Position numbers and translations under genes: made by a program | Notes under the pieces: generated by a model | What the model was told of the DNA's origin: nothing | Databases searched by the model: none | The model's input: the letters and a program-made list of their open reading frames with translations, nothing else | Part shown: positions 27,181 to 38,206 of the stretch, piece by piece | How the letters are laid out: every line of letters begins with the position of its first letter | How positions within the stretch are numbered: the first letter of the stretch is position 1 | Origin: Octopus sinensis | Lineage: Eukaryota | Length of the DNA: 64,000 nt | Assembly (NCBI RefSeq): GCF_006345805.1 | Contig: NC_043007.1 | Location: 24,986,001-25,050,000, forward strand | Direction: 5' to 3'

Positions 27181-29053
27181 AGTTAATGTAAGTCAATTAG
27201 TTAGTTGTAGGTGTATTTGAGTTAGTATCTAGGCCTGTGAAGCCTAGTGAAATCGTAGTCATGGCCAATGCTGGTGTCATGTAAAAAGCACCCTCTGGAC
27301 ATTGGGCCCACACAGAAGCAATGAATGATAAGTGACCAAGATCTTTGGCAATATGCTGTGCTTGAAAAGACCTGTCAAGACAAGTCAAATCGTAGTCATG
27401 GCTGATGCTGGTGTCACATAAACTGGCACCTGTACTGGTGGTATGTAAAAAGCAACCATTACATTCTTGGAGTGGTTGGTGTTAGGAAGGGCATCCAGTC
27501 ATAGAAGCCATGCCAAATCAAATTGGGACCTGGTGCAGCTCTCCAGCTTACCAGTGTCATTCAAACCATCTAACCCATACCAGCATGGAAAGCAGATGCT
27601 AATTGATGATGATGATGATGATCTAAGCAGTTGCAATTTTTAGGTCAACAGTGATGATCACTTTTAAGCTTAGGAAGTTATCCCTAAATCTGTGTAACAA
27701 GGACCCAACAGCATTTGATGTGACAACTGATCCATAATCTCTATGCAATCCAATATCGGAATTGATCGATAAATCTATTCATTAAAACATCTGGTATAAT
27801 GAATAAGTTGGACATAATCACATATATTCACACAGGCTGGACATAATCATATATATTCACATGGAGGGTTGATAGACCAGGGTGAGAGGAAAATAGTGAA
27901 TGCTGGGAGAAATATTTTCTTTGAAAAGAGAAAAGATAGAAGACATCTACTCCTTAGAAAGTCGTGTAGGAAAAGAAAGATGGACAATGGTCATATGTGA
28001 GCAACGAGAGAGAATGCAGACATTCACATGCACATATATATATATACATACACATCCATACATACATATGTATGTATGTATGTATGTATGTATTTATAGA
28101 TACATATATATACATATATAAATGTATACACACACAGGTATCAATGTACACACATAGACACACACGTACACAAACATATACTTTAATTATACAGCTTTAA
28201 TTTTAAATATAACTTGTGTGTGTGTGTGTGTGTGTGTTGTGTGTGTGTATTAGGAAGGACATCCAGCTATACAAACTATGCCAAATTAGACTGGAGTCTG
28301 GTGCAGCCCCTCAGTTTACCACTTCTGGTTAAACTGTCCAACCCATGCCAGCATGGAGAATGGATATTAAATGATGATGATGATGATGATGGTGGTGATA
28401 TATATATATATGTATATGTGTGTGAGTGTGTGTGTATGCATGTATATGTGCGTATGCATATGAGTGTAAACATATGGGTACGTAAGTATGTGACTGTTTT
28501 TGTGTATGCCAGTGTACACCAGTCTGAAATGAATTAATCTGCATCGTTCTATGTCAAAAAGGTAACCCAGCTTACAATAAATATTAAGGATCAATACAAA
28601 GGACAAAAACCCTCAAAAGAAATGTCACAGCATTGCTGAAATCTAATGAAAGAAATCAGTGAAAGAATGAACTAAATTTTCTACTCAACTGCCATTAGAC
28701 AATAGAATAGCCAAGTTGTGGTTCCCTCTTTTAGTTCCAGTAACTGGGATACAGCCCTAACAAAGACCTTTCAAGTGAATACCAAAAATCAATACGACAA
28801 AAACTGATTCAGTGTCAGGCAGAGATATGCAATCTACTTGAATCAAAAATGCTTTCAACTATTTCGGGATTGAATGAAAGACCTCGTAGAAAGTCAAGGT
28901 ATAAAGAAGTTGAGTTTTCAGAACGTGAATGAGTTAAAATTGTGAACAATAATGTGAAATGGATGCAAGAGATGTACAGGGGAATTCAAAGATTGATGGC
29001 AGCTGATGATAGTAACAAGAATTCAGGTAAAAGATTCGTCTTGTACAACTTAC

Positions 29054-29145
29054 CTCGATGTATTCTTCAAAACTTCGGTCTTCACTAATGAATTTCTCAA
29101 TTTGCACAGAAGCTGATCCATCAACCATATAACCATATTCATCCA
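29054..29145 (-). CDS. DNAH12: Dynein heavy chain exon (92 nt, phase 1 to 0)
   Basis: ttttgtag|TGGAT ... ATCGAG|gtaagt; (V)DEYGYMVDGSASVQIEKFISEDRSFEEYIE. Confidence 0.92.
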
Positions 29146-29292
29146 CTACAAAAGGGACATATATTGTGCATCAGTATACATATCATCTGACCATCTGTCA
29201 GTTCATCCCTATGTGTGTGTGTGTGCACATATACATATATATGTATATATATATGTATATATATGTATATGTATATGTATATATATATATAT

Positions 29293-30555
29293 ATTAATAA
29301 ATTTTAGGGTAGCAAAAAATTCTAGAAAAATTCTCCGCCACCAGCGGTCAAGTGAGAAAGAAAAGATAGTCAATAGACTATATAATATACATTCAAACAT
29401 ATAAGGGATGGCTATAATAGGACATCCGACTCACTAGAAAGAGCAGCTAAACTGCAAACCACTAATAGTTGTAATTCTGAAATGGAAAGAGAAATAGAAA
29501 TGTTTACCCTCTTGTTTCTGGACTATGCATAGTTTCGGCAATCTTTTGCAAATAAATTAAATTAAATTAAATTTCTTTACCACAGGCATTGAACTCATCA
29601 GCAGAAAAGCCAAGGACTACCATATATTCACGAGGCGATAACGAGCATGTCTCGAGTCTATATGCTATAAATTTTCAAAATCCACCGCATTCGTGCGGTT
29701 TTCTCAGCAGTAAATATAAACTGCCGATTTAATTTCAAAATTAGCCAAAAAATCATTAATTAATAAATTTTAAGGTAATTAATGATTTTTTGGCTAATTT
29801 TGAAATTAAATCGACAGTTTATATTTACTGCTGAGAAAACCGCGCGAATGTGGTGGATTTTAAAAATTTATAGCATATAGACTCGAGACATGCTCGTTAT
29901 CGCCTCGTGAATATATGGTAGTCCTTGGCTTTTCTGCTGATGAGTTCAATGCCTGTGGTAAAGAAATTTTATTTTATTTTATTTATTTGCAAAAGATTGC
30001 CGAAACTATGCATAGTCCAGAAACGAGAGGGTAAACGTTTCTATTTCTCTTTCCATTTCAGAATTACAACTATTAGTGGTTTGGAGTTTAGCTGCTCTTT
30101 CTAGTGAGTCGGATGTCCTATTATAGCCATCCCTTATATGTTTGAATGTATATTATATAGTCTATTGACTATTTTTTCTTTCTCACTTGACTGCTGGTAG
30201 CGGAGAATTTTTCTAGAATTTTTTGCTACCATAAAATTTATTAATTAATGATTTTTTGGCTAATTTTGAAATTAAATCGGCAGTTTATATTTACTGCTGA
30301 GAAAACCGCGCGAATGCGATGGATTTTGAAAATTTATAGCATATAAATATATGGTAGTCCTTGGCTTTTCTGCTGATGAGTGCAACGCCAGTGGTAAATA
30401 AATTTAATTTAATTTAATCCATTTGCAAAAGATTGCCAAAACTATGCATAGTCCAGAAACGAGAGGGTAAACGTTTCTATTTCTCTTTCCATTTCAGAAT
30501 TACAACTATTAGTGGTTTGGAGTTTAGCTGCTCTTTCTAGTGAGTCGGATGTCCT
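29293..30555. mobile_element. 470-bp unit arranged as a 953-bp palindrome plus a partial tandem copy, flanked by (TA)n; probable Penelope-type pLTR or retrozyme insertion
   Basis: Arms 29293-29762 and 29776-30245 with a 13-nt loop and about 14 mismatches by eye; third partial unit about 30242-30555; one hammerhead fold per unit. Confidence 0.75.
29931..30023 (+). ncRNA. Type I hammerhead ribozyme fold (mirror copy on the minus strand at about 29515-29607)
   Basis: Stem I TTTCTG(29931-36)/CAGAAA(30018-23); CTGATGA 29937-43; G29944-C30001 closes a long imperfect stem II; GAAA 30002-05; palindromic stem III ACTATGCATAGT; GUC cleavage triplet ending at C30017. Confidence 0.72.
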
Positions 30556-30818
30556 TAGTATATATATATATATATATATCATCATCATCATTATCATCAT
30601 TTAACGTTCGCTTTCCATGCTAGCATGGGTTGGACGGTTTGACTGTGGGCTGGCGAACCAGATGGCTGCACTAAGCTCCAGTCTTGATCTAGCAGAGTTT
30701 CTACAGCTAGATGCCCTTCCTAATGCCAACCACTCCCAGAGTGTAGTGGGTGCTTTTACATGCCACCGGCACAGGGGCCAGTCAGGCGATACTGGCAACG
30801 ACCAAGCTCGAATTTTTA

Positions 30819-30855
<37 letters not shown>

Positions 30856-31350
30856 GTATATGTATGTATATATGTATATATGTATATATATATATATATA
30901 AATATATAAATATCCATGCATGCATGGAAGATGGACGAGATGGCAGTCTGTTGCTGGATTATTCATTTTTGCCAGCTTTGTGAACTAGACCAACGTGAAA
31001 TGAAGTGTTTTGCTTAAGAACACAATGCATCGCTCGGTCCAGGAATCGAAATCACAATCTTGTGATCATGAGTCCAACACCCCAACCACTAAGCCATGCG
31101 CAGCATCCGTTTTTCCATAGTTAGATGGTTTCAGGTTGCTCTTGAGTGCTACTGGTAACATGTAACCCAGTACATCCTATTCCAATGTTGGGCCTTTGGC
31201 AACTAAACCAGCAACACCATAAGCTTGCTTGAAAAGAGGGTAGTTTTTGAACCCTCCGCAGGATGAGAAATCAAAACTGGTCAAAGGGCAGATAAACTCA
31301 TAGGAATTATTGGCAGCCATCTGAAAGTGCTGACTCCTATAGCAATATCC

Positions 31351-31767
31351 GGATCTTTTCGGTTTGAACGGCAGTTTTTCTAGCGGTGTCATATGAAATT
31401 GTCACCTATAATTATGACCCTATTATTGATCTATTGCATTTCAATCTGTTTTAGGGTTAGGGTTAGGATTAGGGGTGGGGGGAAGGGTATCTTTTTTTCT
31501 TCAGAAATGTAAATAAACCCAATCTGTTTCTTAAATGAGGGACACGTTCATATGGCACAGAATGTTTTCACCTCAATAGACGTCAGTGATTGGTTGAAAT
31601 TGCAGAAATTGAAGAAAAAACAAATATCTTACAAACTATAGAATTTTCTCAATAAAGCCAAGAGAAAAAGATATTTTATAAACACATTCTACCAGTATAC
31701 GAAGTTTAAAAGTGTTTAGTTACGTGGAAATTATTTTAAAAAACTGCCGGTCAAACCGAAAAGATCC
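31351..31767. mobile_element. Merlin-type MITE (417 bp) with internal TTAGGG repeats
   Basis: 28-bp TIR GGATCTTTTCGGTTTGA(A/C)CGGCAGTTTT; 8-bp TSD CAATATCC (31343-50, 31768-75). GG termini with an 8-bp TSD fit Merlin better than hAT. Confidence 0.75.
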
Positions 31768-31923
31768 CAATATCCTCTGATTCCTTCCCTTTCTCATCAT
31801 CATTCAGGGAGGACCTAAAAGAAAAATAAGGTCCATGGGTACTACCTCTTCTTTTCTGACTAGTGCATAAATGAGATCAGATTGAATTAAACATGAAAAA
31901 CATGTAAATATAAGAGCACTGAC

Positions 31924-32272
31924 CGAAAGACTGAAGTTGGTTTTGAGGATCATGGAAATTCCTATCAACAGCCTTCTGGAGTTGGCTTTTGGCATTCTGA
32001 ACGATGTGGTCTGCAACGGTGGCATCAATATATTCATTGCTGCTTTGGGATTCAGCCAGCCAGCACTGAACTGTAGGTATCTTCTGCAGAGTGTTGCATA
32101 TCGTTTCGACAACATAAATCAAACTCTCTTCTAAATCACCGGATGGTGGGTAGAACTGCATTTTCTCATCATCAAACGTCAGTTCCATTTTCAGGAGAGG
32201 CAGGTACTTTAAGTTGTCTTCGTCAAACAGGGATATCCAGTCATTGATGGTCCGTACCAAAATATCTTTTAA
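31924..32272 (-). CDS. DNAH12: Dynein heavy chain exon (349 nt, phase 0 to 1)
   Basis: ccactag|TTAAAA ... TTCG|gtcagt; LKDILVRTINDWISLFDEDNLKYLPLLKMELTFDDEKMQFYPPSGDLEE...QKAVDRNFHDPQNQLQSF. Confidence 0.93.
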
Positions 32273-32515
32273 CTAGTGGAAGAAAGAAAGAAAATGAATT
32301 GCATTAGTTTGGAGGTTTCTAAAAGAGCATGGGGATCATTTCATTATTCAATAGCTTCGTCAGAGGAGGACGGGTAATGGTACCTATATTTCTACAGGGC
32401 TTCCAAAATTAGAAATGCAAAAATAGGAGGGTAGTTTTTGAACCCTCTGTGGGATGAAAAGACAAAATCGGTCAAAGGGCAGGCAGCCATCCTAAAGTGC
32501 TGATCCCTATGGCAA

Positions 32516-32947
32516 ATCTTCAAAGCCACAGTCGAACCAATTCTACTGTATGGCTCAGAAACCTGGACGTTATCAAAGAAGCTTGAGAGGCGGTTAGATG
32601 GAACTTACACTAACCTCCGTATGAGAGCTCAAAATCTCTCGTGGAAGCGTCATCCAACCAAAATGCAAATATATGGGAAACTACCATAAATCATCTCTTG
32701 TGAAAGGTAGAAGAGTCCAGTTTGCTGGACATTGTTGTAGAGCTGAAAACGAGGTAATTTCTACTCTTCTCTTCTGGAAGCCATCTACTCACGATACCAG
32801 ACAGCGCACACTCTCCTACCCTGATGTAATCTCCAGGGATACAGGCATCCAGCAACAGGACCTCCATAATGCTATGATGGACTGTGAGGTCTGGCGTAAC
32901 ATAGTAAATTCCATTGTCTCGACCACAGTCAAACAATGATGATGATG
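32516..32947 (+). mobile_element. RTE-clade LINE 3' fragment, same family as 51875-52396
   Basis: Near-identical to the 51875 copy; (GAT)n tail; 7-bp TSD ATGGCAA at 32509-32515 and 32948-32954. A third short piece lies on the minus strand at about 7778-7890. Confidence 0.88.
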
Positions 32948-33309
32948 ATGGCAATATCCAATGATTTCTTTCCTTTCCCATCAATGGGTTAGAGGTTATT
33001 GCAGAAACGAAGCTGTGTATCAAAATTTTCTTTAATCTTTTATTTATTTGTTTCAGTCATTAGACTATGGCCATGCTGGAGCACCACTTTTAGTCAAACG
33101 AATTGACCCCAGGACTTACTCTTTGTAAACCAAGTACTTATTCTATCAGTCTCTTTCGCTGAACCACTAGGTTACAGGGATGTAAACACGCCAACACCAG
33201 TTGTCAAGCGATGATGGGGGGACAAAGACAGGCACACAAACATACACACATGCATGCTGGGCGAAATGCACTAAGTACTGGGGTCAATGTAGTCGACTCC
33301 CCCCGCTTT

Positions 33310-34085
33310 GGTAAAAACTAAAGTGTTTGACCCAAGCAAAAAAAAAAAAGTGCAATAGGTGTACAACATGTAGCAAACAAATATGAAAAAACAATGCGTA
33401 CTGGTAAATGGGGTGCAGGTGAGAGGACTTGGAAAATTCACATCAGGAATGTTCCAAGTTCCCACACCACTTTTCCGTCTGTCAGTGAAATTTGTTTTTC
33501 TTCATATTCATCTACTACACATTATTTTACACCTAGTACACTATTTCTTTTTCAATTTTTGTGATGGGGGTGGGTGGGGTGTGGACTCGGATAATTCACA
33601 CAATCCAGTAAACCCACTTTGACACTCAGTCACAAAAATGAAAAAAAAAACATAGTGTAATAGGTATAAAACAACATGTAGCAAACAAATATGAAAAAAA
33701 AGGCGCACTGGCAAATGGAGGGGTGCAAGAGAGGACTCGGAAAATTCAGGCCTTGACCTTTAAACTCCAGTGTTTGACCTGAGTTACTGGATCGTGTGAA
33801 TTATCCGAGTCCACACTCCACCCCAACACAAAAATTGAAAAAAAAAATAGTGTACTAGGTGTAAAATAATGTGTAGTAAATGAATATGAAGAAAAAAAAT
33901 TTTTTCTGACGAACAGGAAAGTGGTGAAAGGACTCGGAACATTCCCGATGGGAATTTTCTGAGACCTCTCCCCTGCACCCTGTTCACCAGCATCCATTTT
34001 TTTTTCATATTCGTTTACTACACACTATTTTACACCTATTGCACTAGTTTTTTCTTTTGCTCGGATCAAACCCTTTAGTTTGACC
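33310..34085. mobile_element. Modular fold-back element built from an internally palindromic ~300-bp unit
   Basis: 33310-33630 and 33775-34085 are inverted copies; the spacer holds a third subunit; ends share AAACTAAAG(T/G)GTTTGA(C/T)CC; it splits a SINE-tail-type repeat. Confidence 0.65.
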
Positions 34086-35626
34086 CCCACTTCTTCCCTC
34101 AAATTCACTGTTGTGTCAAAATTAGAACGAGTATTAGTATTACTGTTGTTGTTACCACTGCCACCCCACCACCACCACCGCCACCACCACCACCACCACC
34201 ATCATCATCATTATATTGATTTCAAATTATATTAAACATTCTTTCTTTACTGCATTTAGCTACTTGCTTGTAGTTCATTGTTTCCTTATATCAAAAACAA
34301 CAAAAACTCTTCTCTCTCTGTCCACACACACACACATACACATGTAGAAGAAAGCAATAAAGTACAAACTACAAGGCAATTACACTGAAGAGAATTGATT
34401 CAGATAAGGGTAAAAAAAAAAAACAGAAAAGATTTTTGGAAAAAAAACAAACTTAAAAAAATAAATAGAAAATCAGAATGGAAATCTGAAAAGCAGTAAA
34501 TAAAAGAATATGGAAACAAAACCCACTCCATAGACATTGCTGTGAAAGATTTGACAAAGAGAAAAATCAAGGACATGCTGCCTGGGTAGGCAAGGTAAGC
34601 AGTGCCTACTCTGAATAAAATAGATCGATAGTAATATTTTCCTTTTATGGCAAAATATGCACCTAATTCAATAAAATTATAAAGGTTACTCTGATTAATA
34701 TGCATGAAATACAAAATATTTTTTTCTGTAGATCAGGTAGGCATAATTTGCTCCTGCCTTTCAATCTCAATATTTAAGCTGTGTATTGTCCTGCTGTAGT
34801 ACACATGCTGCATACATTCCTACAACAACATTTTCTTTATGCGCTATAAAGGCAGAAGTAAATCTGCCTATAACTCAGTTGTGTGCCTGTGTTTTGCTTA
34901 ATTTTTTTGTGTGTTTTACTACATAACGTCACCTACTGCCTACCCTGAGTAAATACTTTTGGCACGTGCCTGAGAAGAATGTAAGTCAGAGCTGAAAGTT
35001 AACAATAGCTTGAAAGCTTTTGGCTAAAAGCAGAAATGGAAGGTCCACACTTGTGAGTGGGTTGTATTACAATTCTAAAACATTTCGTGGTACTTGTGGT
35101 ATATGAATTTTGGTCACAAGTTCCACAGACTTTAGCTAAACAGGATCAATATCTAGTCATGAAAAAACTATTATAAATAGCAAAATCTGCAATGGAATAA
35201 GGGTTTTGAATGTTGGTACAAGGCATCATTTTAGCAGGGGGTGGATTAGTCGACTACATTGAACCCCAATATTCAACTGGTATTTATTTTAGTGGACATC
35301 AACTTAGGAAGCACCAACAAGTTGGAATTACTCCATTCTGACAGGGATTTTTCAGATTTTTTTTTCATGGTACCCTTGGAAATGCTCTGGACTATCCTTT
35401 TAGCAAAAAAATTTTGCAAAATATGATGGGGTTTTTATTCAATCCCCTTCCCCCATCTTCTGAACCCGGTGTGGCTGTATGGTCAAGAAACTTGCTTCCC
35501 AGCCATGTGATCTTGGGTTCAGTTCCACTATGTGTCACCTTAGGCAAGTGTCTTCTACTACAGTCTCAGGCTGACCAAAGCCTTATGAGTTACTTTGGTA
35601 GATGGAAACAGAAAGAAGCCCATTGT

Positions 35627-35670
<44 letters not shown>

Positions 35671-36394
35671 CATGTATTTGTGTGTACTCTTGTCAATACA
35701 TCACATGATGGTTGTAAATGAGCATCATTGTCATACAAGTGAGGTGGTTGTTTTGTTTCCAGTCTTCTGTGGATAAACATATCAGGCTACGGGAAATATT
35801 ACCTTAGTCGGAAACAGCTGAGAGTTGGCTACAATAATGACAACGAATTGTAGAAAAAATCTGCCTCAACAAATTTCATCTGGCCCATGCAAGCATGGCA
35901 AAGTGGACATTAAAACGATGATCATCATCATCGGGGTGAGTAGCTGTGTTGATTTGGCAATATTCTGATACTTCAACATGAAAACTAAAAAGTGGTATAA
36001 ATACGCACCAAATTTGATAAGCGACAATGACCTGGCTGTAATAATCTGTGACATATCTGTCCAGACTGACAAGAAGATCAAGATGAACTGTCTGGTTACA
36101 ATAATCAAAAGCAAGAATGATTATACTCTGATAGACATCTGATCAAACCATTCCTTCAAGCCAAAACATCACACGGAAAGAAATAAGAAAACTATTACGC
36201 TGTTACACATTTATGCCGGTGGAAACAACTTAACCCTTTTGATACCAATCTACCAGACACAGTGTTTGGTTCTGTGATGCAAACTTCCTGCTTTAAAGAA
36301 ATCTAAATTCAAACTTTCCATCAAAATTTCGTGTTGACTTGTTCCAAACAACAGCTTAATAATGACAGAGTTATTTCACTAAATTTTTTCATTC

Positions 36395-37045
36395 GCCCAT
36401 CCATCCATCCATCCCTCCATCCAGCCAGCCAGCCAGCCCTCCATCCATCCAGCCAGCCAGCCAGCTCTCCAGCCAGCTCTCCAGCCAGCCAGCCAGCCAG
36501 CCCTCCAGCCATCCATCCATCCATCCATCCATCCATCCATCCAGCCAGCCATCCAGCCATCCATCCATCCATCCATCCATCCAGCTCTCCAGCCAGCCAG
36601 CTCTCCAACCAGCCAGCCAGCCCTCCATCCACCATCCAGCCCTCCATCCATCCAGCCAGCCAGCTCTCCAGCCAGCCATCCATCCAGCCCTCCAGCTCTC
36701 CAGCCAGCCAGCCAGCCAGCCATCCCCCCAGCTAGCCATCCATCCATCCAGCCAGCTCTCCAGCCAGCCAGCCAGCCAGCCCTCCATCCATCCATCCATC
36801 CAGCCATCCATCCAGCCATCCATCCATCCATCCATCCAGCTCTCCAGCCAGCCAGCTCTCCAACCAGCCAGCCAGCCAGCCCTCCAGCCCTCCATCCATC
36901 CATCCAGCCCTCCATCCATCCAGCCAGCCAGCTCTCCAGCCAGCCAGCCATCCAGCCCTCTAGCTCTCCAGCCAGCCAGCCAGCCAGCCCTCCATCCATC
37001 CAGCCATCCCTCCATCCATCCATCCAGCCAGCCAGCCAGCCATCT
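36395..37045. repeat. Compound (CCAG)/(CCAT) tetranucleotide array with CTCT/CCCT interruptions
   Basis: Read directly; source of the GWLA/PASQ ORFs. Confidence 0.95.
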
Positions 37046-37177
37046 TCTCCACCTACTATTTCTGGGAGGGTCAGGGAAGTAGAGTCCTAGGCACCACCTC
37101 TATCGGGTTTTGTTAGAAGCAACTATCATTACACTTTCCGGCTGGATTCCCAAGTGTGGTCGAGTAGAGAAGCTTAA

Positions 37178-37398
37178 CCCTTTACCATTCCGATTACTTT
37201 GTCAAATGTAATCCTTATTCATTCACATTGGTTTTTAATTAATCATGCATCATCTCATATCTTTGAGATTTTGGTGGTGTGACTGTTTATTTTTAGAATG
37301 ACATTGTAGGGTAGGTGTGAGAGGCCACATCTAGCCATTTTGAATACAAACCAGGTGGAATATTTGGGCCGGATGTGGTCAGTTGAAATGCTTAAGAG
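37178..37398. mobile_element. TTAA-flanked piggyBac-type MITE
   Basis: ttaa|ccctttacc ... cttaagag|ttaa; homologous along its length to the copy at 48006-48587. Confidence 0.7.
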
Positions 37399-37615
37399 TT
37401 AAGTATCTCAGGTCTAGATTTTGATAGTGATTGGAAGTATGAAGCCAAATTGGATGCTAGAATTATAGGAACTGGCACAGTAATGCAGCAGTTCCACCAT
37501 TTGATACTTTGAGGAGGTGAGGTTTGTAAAAAAGCCAAACTCATTCTCTTAAATTCAGATTACGTGCTTATCCTCACTTATGGTCATTGAATGTTAGTAA
37601 ATGACCAAAAGAGTA

Positions 37616-38206
37616 TGTAGCATATCTGATATCCTCACTGTTTGAGAAACACAACAGGAATGATCTTGTTTGAGATTACAGCCATCTTTGGCTGGTTTGT
37701 TCCTGTTGTGTCCACTGATCTGATTGGTTGGTACGTGGCACGGTTTATCTCTCTACTTATTTCACGCCACTGTCTAAAGCTAACCAATCACGGCTTTTAG
37801 ATAAGGTCTCGTGACACTGTTTTTCCTATGCTCTGTTTGAGCCATTTTTCCTCTATAAAAAGGCACTTGCTTTCAGTATTCTTCGTCGTTGACTCCAGAC
37901 CTTTTAAGGTCTAGTCACTGACCATCATCGTACTCAGCTATGTTCCAGTTCCAACAACAGAAGGTACATATAATAGTGTATGCACATAAAACAGAGCATA
38001 GGAAAAACAGTGTCACGAGACCTTATCCAAAGGCCGTGATTGGTTAGCTTTACACAGAGGCGCGAAATAAGTAGAGAGACAAACTGCGCCACATACCAAC
38101 CAATCAGTGGACACAACAGGAACAAACCAGCCAAAGATGGCTGTAATCTCAAATGAGATCATTCCTGTTGTGTTTCTCAAACAGTGAGGATATCAGATAT
38201 GCTACA
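37616..38206. mobile_element. Non-autonomous Ginger-type DNA transposon (591 bp)
   Basis: TGT...ACA ends, ~220-bp TIRs, 150-bp spacer, 4-bp TSD AGTA (37612-15, 38207-10). Confidence 0.72.

Noticed and set aside
27810-27860. 28-bp tandem duplication; similar tiny repeats at about 60468-60492
   Set aside because: Ordinary slippage products with no wider structure.
34570-34965. Possible TIR pair (GGGTAGGCA motifs)
   Set aside because: Match too short and degenerate, and no TSD could be fixed by eye.
36321-37023. GWLA/PASQ-rich ORFs up to 214 aa
   Set aside because: Translation of the CCAG/CCAT tetranucleotide array.
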